DNA from: Antedon mediterranea
Taxonomy: Eukaryota > Animalia > Echinodermata
Length of the DNA stretch: 64,000 bases
NCBI RefSeq assembly: GCF_964355755.1
Contig: NC_092678.1
Span: 14,658,371 to 14,722,370, forward strand
Reading direction: 5' to 3'
Shown: positions 28,201-38,089 of the stretch, piece by piece
How positions within the stretch are numbered: the first letter of the stretch is position 1
Layout of the letters: each line of letters opens with the position of its first letter
Position numbers and translations under genes: made by a program
Notes under the pieces: generated by a model
What the model saw: the letters and a program-made list of their open reading frames with translations, nothing else
What the model was told of the DNA's origin: nothing
The model's database searches: none

Positions 28201-31200
28201 GTCAAAATGCAAATGTTTGACTTCTTAGGCCTATATTTTAACTGATTTTTACTATTTATTTTTATATTTTAGGGTTCGCTAGGAATGACTAATATGGACA
28301 TGAATTTGTTCTGGATAAGGTCCATTTATGAACATACTGTATACCGAAATGGTTCAGGAAACTCAATATTAATTGATGGAAAAGTTATAGTGTTACCTCC
28401 CATCAGTTTGGTTGCTACCCATATGGACGAATTGACAGGGAATAAATCAGAAAAGGAAGATGAGGTAATAGCTTCAGAATACATCTGTAAACATTACATT
28501 TAGTTTTAAGAAATTGCTAAAAAAGGTTTATATCTGGATAGAGATGAAAACATTTTAAAAACAATGTAGAGATAAAATGACAAAGTATAAAATTCAAAAT
28601 AAAGAGAGGGAAGTCATGATCTGACGTTTGCTTGTTATAAAAATACCATTTTACTAATTTTAGGCAAAGAAGATGTTCATAGAAATGTTTGATGAAATAA
28701 AGAAAATGCCATACGCCGAGCATGTAGATCGTGAAATGTACATGGTTGATAACACAGTAAAATCAAATGAAGGTATTACAAAGTTAAAAAGAAACGTTGG
28801 TAGATACATGAAAACAATGGTTGATGAAGTTCCATTAAAGTGGGTTACCATGCAGGAAAAGTTGCATGAAAAAGGAAAAACAAGTTTGTGTATTTCATTT
28901 ACTGAGGTAAAGGTTTTCAATTAACAGAAATAAAAACGTATTTTGTTTTTGTCTTGTACATGCATATAAATTTATATTTGTGAAAGATAATGTAATGTGA
29001 CTCACATGTCATTGATTTGCTTCTGGTCTGTTTCTCTGTGTCTGGTATTTTTTCAGAGTTAGCACTGTGAATTATAATTCAATTACCAATGGTGCGTTAG
29101 TTTTACTCGATTTTTTATATGCTCTTATAAAGTATAGATACTTTGTCAGTAAATTTAGCATAAAACCAATTTATTTTATTTTATATTATTAGGCTTATAA
29201 GATTGGCACTGAATGTGGAATTTCTGAAGAGACGATCGCCACTGTCATTACATATCTGAACGACATTGGAAAGATTATGTATTCCAGTACTGATGAGAAA
29301 TTAAGAAACACTGTCATAACTAATCTTCACGTAATGATTAAGATGCTGAAGAAAGTGATCACAGTATTTACACCACTTATTAATGATGTAGGTAGACAAT
29401 GGTACTATTACACTCTTTTATTGATACAAAACACGAATTTAATGTGGATGAACTACGGTATAATACTGTACATATTGTTTTTTAAACTTACATCCATAGT
29501 TGATATTAATTCAACATATTTGTATGGCATTGTTTTATCGTTGAACAAAACGTACATTATTTAACGTTTTAATTGTACACAGAAGCCAATGAGGACACAA
29601 TGGTATACGTTTACGAACGACGGCATTATTGGGGAGAAGTTATTGTGCTTTTTATGGCAAAATCAAGACGCAAGTGACTTTGACGGTCCTAACCTGGCAG
29701 ATGTATTCATAAAAGAATATCACTTTGAAATTCTTATAGATGTCATGAAGATGTTTCGGCTGCTCTTTGAGATGAAATCTGTAAGCTCATAGCACATATG
29801 TGCCTTAATATATATTGATTATAAACATTTTTCCAGCATAAAGTGTAATTGTCTATAAAATCAACTATGTTTATAATAACAGAGAGATGAAGGCGGTAAT
29901 CGGCAATTCTTGGTTCCCTGTAAGATGAAAAATGAAAATGAGAGTTTAAAAGTCACAAAAGATGACAAGCAGATGGTATCAGTCTACCTTACTCCGACAG
30001 ACTTTCTTCCTGATGCTGTGTACCACACACTGGTGGTTGCATTTCTTGAATTGATGACCGAAACAGATAGTGAAGTATTCAGGAACCGTAGTGATTTTAA
30101 CTTTGAAGGACACAGAGTCAGTTTAGGTATCGTACAAATTAAGCGTGACGATGAAAAACCACGCGCAATAAAGGTATGATATTAATTGTGTTTGTAAATG
30201 TTTAGATAGATTAGTGTTAAAGAGTCGCTATATAATCGAGTTTGAACAATACCACAAATACCTCCAGTGGTACAATCGTTAGGACATCTGCATATCAAGC
30301 GGAAGGTTCCGGGTTCGAATCTCGATTGGGGTGATGTTTTCTCATTCTAACATATTTCGTCATCTTATCAGATTTTTTATTATTTTATATAATTTATTCG
30401 AAGTATAATAGTATCTTTTCTGTATATAAATTTGGTATTTATAATCTGAAATTGCATAAAGCATATGCATAGGCTTAAATAATATGATTTTTTATAACCT
30501 ACTTACAACTTTATTTTGTTGATTATCATATGAGTTGAATTACCTAATTAGTTTTAATGTTTCTTATAAGCTTGAAATATATCGTCGGACAATACGGGGT
30601 GACAACACAGAAGAGGTGTTACCACTACAAAAAAGTGTCTGCATGAAGGTAACCAATGCATCTGTAATCAATTGACTTTTTTACAATTTTAAACAAGATG
30701 TTTACGTAGGCATAGAATACTAAAATATACGCTACGTTTTTGCTGTAGGTATTAGATTACTTGAGGGACCAATTAAAAAGTGTTTGCAACATATACCATG
30801 GCATTGGCTATAATCTACGTGTGTCATGCGGTGCGTGTGATCCAAAGAACCATCACTTAGTTGACCTTGAAAAGTGTTTGAAGAAAGATACAGTTCCATG
30901 TGGAACCGATACGTCTATGAATACAGCTCATATCAAGCGATATTTTTCTACAGGTAAGTTTTTTTATCCATTCGTCCTTCGTCAATTTAATTACTTCATC
31001 TTAATTAAATCTTCATCTTTGTAATCATCATTATTCGTCATTAACAATGATAAATACATATACTACAACATTATTTTATCTCAACTATTCTCGGACCTTC
31101 TGACGACGTCTGACAGAAGAGTTCAAATCATGTTTCAGTTATGAATGTATTCAACATCAAATATTCTTGAAACTATCGGTTTTAATTTTAATTATTACAG

Positions 31201-34200
31201 ATCTGATATATTTCATTGATAGTTTAAAAATAAAACAGCTACCATTTTCTGAATTTATTATTCGAAAACTAAAGATACTTGTTCTTTCAGCAAATTAGTG
31301 TACAGTATTAGCTTTATTGCTATAGTGATTACAGCTAGACTTCTTCACTCACATATGTTGTCCATGAGGGCTAATCTACATTTCATTTATAAGCCGTTAG
31401 ATAACTGAAATAATAGTATTGTAATTATTGAAATTCAATATTCAATACAAATATTACAAATAATTACTATACAAAAGTTATACAAACATTATAAAATATT
31501 ATTGGTAAATGTCCTCAGTTATACTATGTAAAAAGTTTTTTACATAGTTTTACATTTTTCGGTGATTGCTACAAAACAAATGTTGCGTGGACTGTTATAT
31601 TTTTTAGGGCATAGGCCTACTATAAATGAAATCAGTCTTTTTTATTTTTAAGCAAATAAAAGACACATTGCTTCTAATTTTCCTATTTTTTGGTAAAATT
31701 AAAACACAGTGAAAATCACTAATTAACATAAATGAGGGATGAACGAATCCTCTGTGATCCAATATGGCTCTTGAAAATAGTGTAGCTGCTCCTGTTGAAT
31801 ACTATATCGTCCAGTAGGCCTATTATGTCTAGAGACAATAAACAGCACCTGTATTTTACTTGTCTGCTACTACCTTTCCATTGCATAGGTACTTGTGCCC
31901 TGGGTCGTCGCAAATGTAAAACCCATTCATGTCTCTGAACATGACATGATACGGGGTAATATCATTTTCCTACAATAAAGCTTGTTAATTTGATTCCCCC
32001 GTTTTTAATTTTTTGAAACATACAGTAATTCCTATTATTATTTTTTCTCGATCTGTTACAAATAATACTATACATTTTATCTTTGTGGGCATATCTAATA
32101 TACTACAGTAGTGTAAACTAGCTTCGAAAGTTAAAATTTCCACTACTTTACCAAAATACTAACATTTCTTTTTTCCCCATTTTTTTCGATCTTTTCAACC
32201 CAATTATTTTTTTGGCATTTCTTGTTATCATAACCATAAAAAAATACAAAAGAATGTACAGGGTCATCAACAAACTGTATTCCAAATTGTTTACAAACAT
32301 AACGTTTTGAAGATAAACATTCTTTTGATTTTCATTTTTGGTTGAAAATGTATTATATATTATATATAACCTGCAAACTTAATTTAAATAAGTTTCAATC
32401 GGCCTACTTGTTTTTATCTACAGCCAAAAGTATGAGCAATGTTAACCTACTGTTGCTTCTTAGTACATTTATAGCCATTTCCTTGTATAATACCAATATT
32501 CTTACAAAATCCTTTCTAATGATCCATCATTCGTTGTAATCGATAGTCTCAACCCATTGTATTGGTTCCTAACTAAACCAAATGTCAATTTATTTATTAA
32601 AACTATCTATGTATTCTAGTAAAAGTAAAAGTCTTGTTTTCGCCAGCGAAGCTTCCTTTAATATAACATTTCTGATCAGTATCTTTTACGTCACCAACTA
32701 TTAATTCTAATTTATTAGCAATAGCATTATCGGTCTCCTGCTTTTTAAAACTGGTTTTACCATGTTTGCACATCAAGAGATTATTCCTCTGTTGTTCCTT
32801 TGTTCCTTTGAAAACTGATAATTTACATATATTAAAATAACAATTAAATGCATTACATAGGGTATCAATGGAATTCCAAAACGTTTGATAAACCATCACT
32901 GCCTGAAGCCTTATTGGATTTCATTTCAAACGTGTTTTACATTCATCAATGTTTAGAATCCCTTCACATATTGCCTTGTTCTTCTGATAAGGCGCTGACT
33001 TTAGTATTATTTAGTAGGTAACTTAAAATACCTAAAATTGTGGTTCAGATCATTATAATTTATAATCATTATAATGTAACCAGATGAATCTGGAGTTTCT
33101 ATTTTGTATGGAAAAATGTATTGTATTGTTGTTTATGTTACAGGTGTTGTTGTGGCATCCAGTTCAACTACAGGTATGTTGTATTTATTATGGTATTGGT
33201 TTAGATTAAGTTAATATTAATTAAACTGTACAACTTTCTTCATTAAGCAACTAAAAGACACATTTAATTTTCTTATTATTTGAGGTAAAATCACTGATTA
33301 ACATAAATCGAGAGATGAAAAAATCCTCTGCGATCCAATCTGGCTCTTGAAAATAATAATAATAAATAATATATTTATATAGGATAAAACAATCAAATAA
33401 CAGTGTATCTGTTTTACATTGTGGTCCTGTTTTAAGCAAAATATACAAAAGAGAAACTTAATTAAATATAATACAGTGTTTATGAAAAAAAATGAGATTT
33501 ATATCTAGCCTTAAAGGAAGTAATTGTTGGTGCCGATTTAATATTAATTGGTAAACTGTTCCATATTTTTTACTAAGGGTGTATTTAGGTATTGTTACAT
33601 TCAAATGTTCTACTCCACGTGTTGAGTGGGTGTGAATATCGCGAATCAATTCAATTTCATTTACTAATCTAATTGGTGCAAGGATGTAAACACATTTATA
33701 CATTAGACATGCTAGGGAGAAATCTCGTTTCTCTTCAAGAGTTTGCCACGATAGGTTCTGGATGATGTTGTCACCCCTTACATTAATATAATCGAAGTTG
33801 TTAGTTACAATTCGAGCAGCTCTTTTTTTATGTCGCTTTAAAATATTTTTGTTTAACTCTGTCGTATTTCCCCAGACTGTTATAGCATAATCACTACAAG
33901 GCTGAATTGTACTTATATAAGAGTTTCTAGTAACGGTTTACTTAAACTACTAGCCATTTGGATCAGCATATGTTGAATTTCAATGATATATTATATAATT
34001 ATCAAAATCCATTGTTATTAACATAGTAATTATATGAAAGTGGTCAAACATAGCTACTGAAACAGAACCAAGTTTTGAATGTTGGACACAGTGGTTGATT
34101 TTGGACCCTGTTACTTGTTTTATTAACCGTCCTAATTATTGAGGAGATCCCAGATTAGGCTGTAATTAATAATAATAATACTCTTTATTTCATATTCAAA

Positions 34201-36124
34201 TGTACATATACAGCATTAAAGATACAAAGCTCTTTAACTAATATACATAATTACATAATAAAACAATACACTAATAATACAAAAGCCCATGGACCACAAA
34301 CCACCACAAATCATTATAATTACTGCCTTATTGAGATCTGTTAAAGATATTGGTCAGAGGTCGGATTCGATTGACTTGGGGATTGACTTTAGGAATAGTT
34401 ACTATGTTTCAGCTTTCCATTCGCTATTATTTATATTACTATAGTTGCTACTGATGCTGATGTTACTCCAGCTACACCAAATGAACCAACCTCAATGCCA
34501 GGTTAGTTGATTGTTTATTTTGTCCAACTCATCCAATGTTTCTAGTTTCAGTTTGAATTGTAGGCTATACAATTTTTCCTTTTTGTCTTAACATCAATAA
34601 AACAAATATCATTTAAAATGAACAGGGGTAGATCTATGATTTTTTTAAAGGAGAGCTACATATAATATTATAGTAGTTCATAATTTCATTTTTAGCTGTA
34701 AAAAGGAGGGAGCTTGCCCTAAGTACAACGCACTAGATCCACCCCTGTTAATAATTGACAATAGGGACCTACATATTTTTGTAAATTACATTAAGGCAAG
34801 GTTTACAATTGGAAGGCAATGGGTTTTGAAAAACATTCATTTTTAACTAATAACAAATATAATGTCAATACAGCCTTGTAGAATAACATCAAATAATGGT
34901 AAAACAAGCTATCGTGTTTAAAGAAAGTTATAGTAATAATAATAATATTCATACTATTAGATCAACAAACGAAATTCTCTACCAAATCACATAAAATCTG
35001 AACTTCATAATTAGTCCTTTACTACTTTCAAATCTTCACTTTGGCAAATATATATTATATATACCTAACTTTTTCTTACCTTTATCCGCATTTTTCTTTT
35101 TAATTTTTATATGTGTTACTATGTTGTATTCACTGAACCACCACTTTGTAAATCAGTAAATTTGAATTGAAAGTATATTTCAGTTTAAAGAAAGAACAAA
35201 TAAATAAATGTCAAATATCAATCATCAGGACATAAGGATATACTATATACAAAAAAGAATATTAGAATATAAAATAAATAAATCCACATAATAATGGTAC
35301 AGTTTCGACTCTTTAACACATAATGATATTATTATTAATAAAGCGTATTATTACTATTATTAGAATTGAATGATGACGATTACAATGAACTGCTCACCGA
35401 TGTATCTACTTGGTGGAAGAAACGTGGAAACATTCACATGCTGAGAGTGTTACTTAGTGAGTTCACGAATCGTGATACAACCATTACTTTGAAAAAAATA
35501 GAGAGTGAAAGTACACCATATCATCTGCTTGGTCTACTTGAGGGTCCTGGACTTCTCAAACCGGCAGACATTGGTATCCTCATTGAAGCTACTAATATAT
35601 GCGGACTTCAGGGAGTTCAAGACGTGATTGCAAAAATTGTAAAATTACAGAACTTCAAATGCATTCCATTCAAACATTTTTCTGAGCATCGAAGAAAATT
35701 GATAGCGTTTGGTCAGCAATTGAATACAGAGAACATGGTAACTATTGGCCGCCTTAAAGGCATTAAGGAGGTCAACAAATACACAGATCCGTTTTGGTTA
35801 ATCTTGAAACTGGAAATGAAAGGCACACTTGCAGAAGGAGAAAAGATGGAGAAATTCATTACACTGCTTACAGATAGAAAGATGACGAAAGAAGTGGATG
35901 CATTGACAACACTAAAAGGTGAAACAAAGCAGTATAAGCCCATTCACAAATTCAGCAGAAATGTGTTTGTAGTAGAATGGTTTGAGGGAATTGAAAACAA
36001 TTATGATAAAAGGTTATTATGATGTTATATTTATCAGCATGGATATTGTAACTACTGTACTAAAATACTTTCTTTATAGATGAACAATCAAGAAGTGAAG
36101 CTGGACCATCAAGTAATACAGAAA
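10043..36124 (+). CDS. Multi-exon Roco-family gene: (ankyrin?)-Roc-COR-linker micro-exons-tandem DED
   Basis: Exons 10043-10127, 20043-20208, 23332-23432, 23748-23816, 25007-25128, 28087-28176, 28273-28464, 28664-28906, 29193-29387, 29583-29780, 29883-30173, 30571-30648, 30749-30953, 33144-33173, 34445-34501 and 35364-35918 (or reading through to the stop at 36022), with an optional 36080-36124. All junctions are GT-AG and phase-compatible with no stops (2781 nt if ending at 36022). Confidence 0.85.
10153..10200. repeat. (TTTA)n microsatellite
   Basis: Visible tandem TTTA run. Confidence 0.9.
10660..14680 (+). mobile_element. Decayed L1/Tx1-clade LINE (ORF1 plus ORF2, endonuclease deleted), inside the Roco intron
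   Basis: ORF1 has zinc knuckles CFKCGLTGHKINEC and CHKCNMSGNFAKNC. ORF2 pieces include KSPGSDG, RPITLLNADYKI, FLDFAKVFD, GVRQGCPLS, ADD and the C-terminal CDRC..EEHMLLKC. Many stops and frameshifts; AATAAA at ~14670. Confidence 0.9.
14883..15280. repeat. (TA)n microsatellite runs with inserted repeat tails
   Basis: (TA)n at 14883-14970, ~15058-15093 and 15209-15280. 14978-15060 is the 3' tail of the 6264-6500 repeat. Confidence 0.9.
15281..16222 (-). mobile_element. Penelope-like (Neptune-type) element, 3' fragment with GIY-YIG and 3' UTR
   Basis: ORF 15672-16103 has CGKSCKTC, NVIYLIYCNICGKQYVGET..LRMRMTQH and PFGLN. Flanked on both sides by (TA)n. Confidence 0.9.
15409..15445 (-). ncRNA. 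Minimal hammerhead ribozyme motif
   Basis: Minus strand GCA-CTGATGA-A-GGGC-TAGTGTT-GCCC-GAAA-GCTC-TGC: intact core, stem I, stem II, and a palindromic AGCT before UC. Confidence 0.8.
16249..18950 (-). mobile_element. Near full-length Penelope-like (Neptune-type) retroelement, frameshifted
   Basis: ORFs 18227-18952 (SVLSKGLTFIP, ADKGGATVVW), 17824-18318 (FYMLPKIHK, RPIVS, MDVTALYTSIP), 17105-17788 (GISMGTKMGP, RYIDD) and 16661-17053 (GIY-YIG NLVYCISC..YIGET..DRFVEH). Confidence 0.93.
16325..16367 (-). ncRNA. Minimal hammerhead ribozyme motif
   Basis: Minus strand TTTTCAC-CTGATGA-T-GGGC-TAT-GCCC-GAAA-CATG-TC-GTTAAAA, ~250 nt downstream of the GIY-YIG coding region. Confidence 0.8.
19000..19450 (-). 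mobile_element. Highly decayed LINE APE-endonuclease fragment
   Basis: LVGDFNNILD motif in ORF 18943-19164; the rest is poorly conserved. Confidence 0.35.
20043..20208 (+). CDS. Roco gene exon: Roc P-loop
   Basis: acAG|AG CTA...GAA AG|GTAACT encodes VPPEIFAMG...RCMFLGKEGAGKTSCVKVMLGE. Confidence 0.9.
20567..20730 (+). mobile_element. 5' portion of Helitron-like family B (copy 2)
   Basis: Starts TCTATATATAAA and aligns with 5874-6040. Confidence 0.5.
21573..21785. repeat. Minisatellite, ~11-12 units of 17-20 bp (consensus CCCGAAGGCAAACATAAGG)
   Basis: Visible tandem units. These explain the repetitive ORFs 21424-22026 and 21459-21779. Confidence 0.85.
22232..22360 (+). mobile_element. DINE-1/Helentron-like short element (copy 2)
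   Basis: Follows a T-run, has a (GGTC/GGTT)n array, and is the inverse match of 9845-9972. Confidence 0.6.
23332..23432 (+). CDS. Roco gene exon: switch I
   Basis: attAG|A TTT...GAT G|GTGAGA encodes RFNSKEESTDGIVTTTVF...W. The phase 2 start matches the previous exon. Confidence 0.88.
23748..23816 (+). CDS. Roco gene exon: Roc insertion helix
   Basis: ttttcAG|AT GTT...AAA G|GTAGGG encodes DVELAKKIRDQALVEKVNKSLNK; phase 1-1. Confidence 0.75.
24449..24557 (+). repeat. Orphan duplicate of the 3' end of exon 23332-23432 plus its donor site and intron start
   Basis: ggaaaaagaaaacaaaagtagacGGTGAGaaatatcagaaacactc matches 23409-23454, followed by a match to 23523-23581. Confidence 0.8.
25007..25128 (+). 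CDS. Roco gene exon: switch II
   Basis: cacAG|GA CCC...CAC AGG|GTAAGT encodes SIWDYAGQLDYYITHR, matching the Roc WDFAGQxxYYxTH motif. Confidence 0.92.
25290..27581. mobile_element. Foldback-type inverted-repeat element, copy 2 (complete termini)
   Basis: Termini TAGGCTAGGCAATCTAT...GAGTGAAACAAATTGCAAACA and TGTTTGCAATTTGTTTCACTC...ATAGATTACCTAGCCTA. Arms of ~1.1-1.2 kb built from subrepeats; CAA on both flanks; no coding sequence. Confidence 0.85.
28087..28176 (+). CDS. Roco gene exon (Roc)
   Basis: ttccAG|TTT...ATA|GTGAGT encodes FFLTNRVSYCVAFNV, continuing THR-FFLT. Confidence 0.9.
28273..28464 (+). CDS. Roco gene exon: G4 motif
   Basis: ttttAG|GGT...GAG|GTAATA encodes MNLFWIRSIYEH...PPISLVATHMD. 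Confidence 0.9.
28664..28906 (+). CDS. Roco gene exon: end of Roc / start of COR
   Basis: ttttAG|GCA...GAG|GTAAAG encodes YMVDNT..EGITKLK..EVPLKWVTMQEKL. Confidence 0.9.
29193..29387 (+). CDS. Roco gene exon: COR
   Basis: attAG|GCT...GAT|GTAGGT encodes ECGISE..TYLNDIGKIMY..LRNTVITN, like the COR LHxLG motif. Confidence 0.88.
29583..29780 (+). CDS. Roco gene exon: COR
   Basis: cacAG|AAG...TCT|GTAAGC encodes W..F.NDGII..KLL.FLW and LIDVMKMFRLL. Confidence 0.88.
29883..30173 (+). CDS. Roco gene exon: COR-B
   Basis: aacAG|AGA...AAG|GTATGA encodes FLVPCKM...FLPDAVYHTLVV..VFRN. Confidence 0.88.
30215..30370 (+). mobile_element. tRNA-containing repeat, second (more decayed) copy, intronic
   Basis: Same upstream flank gttaaagagtcgcta..aatcgagtttgaacaatac. 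tRNA-like body 30260-30333 with the same ATATCAA loop. Confidence 0.7.
30571..30648 (+). CDS. Roco gene exon
   Basis: ataAG|CTT...AAG|GTAACC encodes LEIYRRTI...VCMK. Its start is conserved at 47633 in the paralogue. Confidence 0.8.
30749..30953 (+). CDS. Roco gene exon: Cys/His-rich COR C-terminus
   Basis: tgtAG|GTA...ACA G|GTAAGT encodes VLDYLRDQL...CGACDPKNHH...VPCG. Confidence 0.85.
33144..33173 (+). CDS. 30-nt phase 1-1 linker micro-exon
   Basis: ttacAG|GT GTT GTT GTG GCA TCC AGT TCA ACT ACA G|GTATGT (GVVVASSSTT). Homologues with conserved splice sites at 48243 and 49413. Confidence 0.8.
33460..33955 (-). mobile_element. CR1/L2-group LINE ORF2 3' fragment
   Basis: Minus-strand translation pieces IQP..DYAITVWG, KRAARIVT, LSWQTLEEKR..LMYKC..LAP and HTHSTR. 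Confidence 0.75.
34445..34501 (+). CDS. 57-nt phase 1-1 Thr/Pro-rich linker exon
   Basis: ctatAG|TT GCT...CCA G|GTTAGT encodes VATDADVTPATPNEPTSMP. Confidence 0.7.
34623..34747. mobile_element. 125-bp hAT-type MITE
   Basis: TIRs CAGGGGTAGATCTA / TAGATCCACCCCTG. No clean 8-bp TSD. Confidence 0.6.
35364..36022 (+). CDS. Tandem death-effector-domain-like exon (ends at donor 35918|GT or at stop 36022)
   Basis: attAG|AA TTG (phase 1). Two helical repeats, YNELLTDVS...LLGLLEGPGLL...ILIE and FSEHRRKLIAFGQQLNTENM...WLILKLEMKG, resembling the caspase-8/FADD DED pattern. Confidence 0.75.
36080..36124 (+). CDS. 45-nt phase 1-1 linker exon
   Basis: tttatAG|AT GAA CAA TCA AGA AGT GAA GCT GGA CCA TCA AGT AAT ACA GAA A|GTATGT. 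Confidence 0.6.
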
Positions 36125-36724
36125 GTATGTTTTTTATTTTTTTTTTCACTCTAACAAAAAGTGAAAATTGTGTTACAAATTCACTTTGAGTATTGTACTT
36201 ATTTAATAGCATTTGTATACGTTTTATCGATCTAATAGGGTCACAAACTGAATTGTATGTAAACATAAATACTATATTGGCCTATAATGTTTTCGTCTTT
36301 AAACGGTATAGATAAGAAAAATAAGTTGTTTCTAATAATTTAAGTGGCCTGCCATGCATACCAGCATGTATCGCATGCAAATTTATATTTTTGAACCTAA
36401 TCTATAATTGTAAAGCATTTACTGTATAGCAGTCAAATAATTATGTTTGGAACTGAAGTTTAATGAGGTGCAGTTAAGATGTATGTTCTGATGTGGTACT
36501 TTAGTGAATGATTTCAATGCCATTTTGCCAATTGTATTACAGTTTGGTTCTATAAAGTTACCAAAAAGTTACAAAAAAATTGAAAAATATATAAAATAAC
36601 AAGTTAAATCTTAATATTTTATGTTGTTGATTAGTTCTCTTTAGAAGTTTAAATAAAATGTTATAGTAATAGTATTCATCATCATGGATATTGTAATTAC
36701 TTTTCTAAAATACTTTTGTTATAG

Positions 36725-36769
36725 GTAAATGATCAAGAAGTGAAGCTGGACCATCAAGCAATGCAGAAA
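36725..36769 (+). pseudogene. Duplicate of the 45-nt linker exon with an in-frame TGA
   Basis: ttatAG|GT AAA TGA TCA AGA AGT GAA GCT GGA CCA...A|GTATGT. The upstream intron is also duplicated. Confidence 0.65.
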
Positions 36770-37337
36770 GTATGTTTTATTTCAATAGAGTTAGAGTCCT
36801 AATATTCTACTTATTTAGACTTTTATTGCAGAATTGTGTAATTTCTTGTTTACATTAATATTTTTTAATTGTGAGTTGCAGTTCTTATTTGATAGTATTG
36901 AGGCATTTTCTAGACTATTTACAGTATGGTATATATATAATTCATGGGTGAAAATACCAGGAGTGGATTGCAGTAAGGTCTTAAGCCTGGTCTTAGACTT
37001 AAGCCACAGATGAAACCCTTAGCAACGATGGTCTTAGATTAAAAATAATTGCAATATGAAGTCTAAGCCTAAGACTATCAACGATATGATCTTAGATTCT
37101 GTGCCTCCATGCGTGCCTAGCGGCGCGATGCGAGCATGCAGCCGCACGATGCGAGCGCACAGGTTAAAGTACCTAGGCCAGCAATAAACATCATGGCGAA
37201 TTTTTTAAATTGAATTATTGTTATAGTAATTTAATAAAAAAACAATTTTTCTATTTCTTTTATTTTTCAAATTTATCATAGATTTATATATATATATAAA
37301 ACCAAAAACATAGAAATTTGTATTTACTTTGTTGTAG

Positions 37338-37531
37338 AATTATCAGCCAGCAACAACAACAGTATCTGAATGGTGTGATGAACATTCCCAAAGAAATCTA
37401 AACAAAATGAAAATGGCAATCGGCGAGCTCAAGTTCAAGAGCAGGAAGACAAGATGAAAGAATTCATTAAGAAACTTGATGAAAAGAAAATAATTAATGA
37501 AGTTAATGAATTGACGAGTTTAGATAATTGA
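37338..37531 (+). pseudogene. Internally deleted, frameshifted tandem-DED exon
   Basis: Acceptor gttgtAG. VSEWCDEH..NLNKMKMAIGEL aligns to the DED1 start; DKMKEFIKKLDEKKIINEVNELTSL* aligns to EKMEKFITLLTDRKMTKEVDALTTL at the DED2 end of the 35364 exon. Confidence 0.65.
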
Positions 37532-38089
37532 TATTTCCATTCCAATTTTTTACTACTCCACTCCCAAAGACTTTTAATAAGACTTTGTGTATGTAAAGCA
37601 TCATGTGTACATGATTGTCTTATGAAACTTTGAGGGTCCCTAATGATCAGCAATTGCTAGACGGATCATCATCATTAAATATGGTTAAAAAAGTGGCATA
37701 ACGGCTATGAGCGCTCACTGGCTAAACCCAGGGGCCCCAGAGCTTATGGGGCTCCTTAACAGTGCCTAGAGGGAAAACGGGCATTCAAATATGTCGAAAA
37801 AGGCTAAAAATGTCCAGGGCCTACAGCGTTGGAGGGCCACTTATGTTTCCTAAACCAGGGGCCTTCTGCGTTATGCTTTGCTACTGCTTGCCAGGCTTTG
37901 CTATTGCTTACCTGGAGAGCCCCTCTCTCCGAAGAGAAGTTTAACATACATAACCATATCAACGCCCCCACCCCCACCCGATAATGGTATAGTCCATTCA
38001 ACATCGCACACTAATGAGACATACCTACATCAGATTGTCTTCATTTGTTTTAACACTGTTTTGTGTGTACGTCAACAAGAAACGAACTG

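Noticed and set aside
32400-32990. Possible decayed LINE fragment (ORF 32603-32899)
   Set aside because: It is absent from the paralogous intron, but no diagnostic motif could be recognised.
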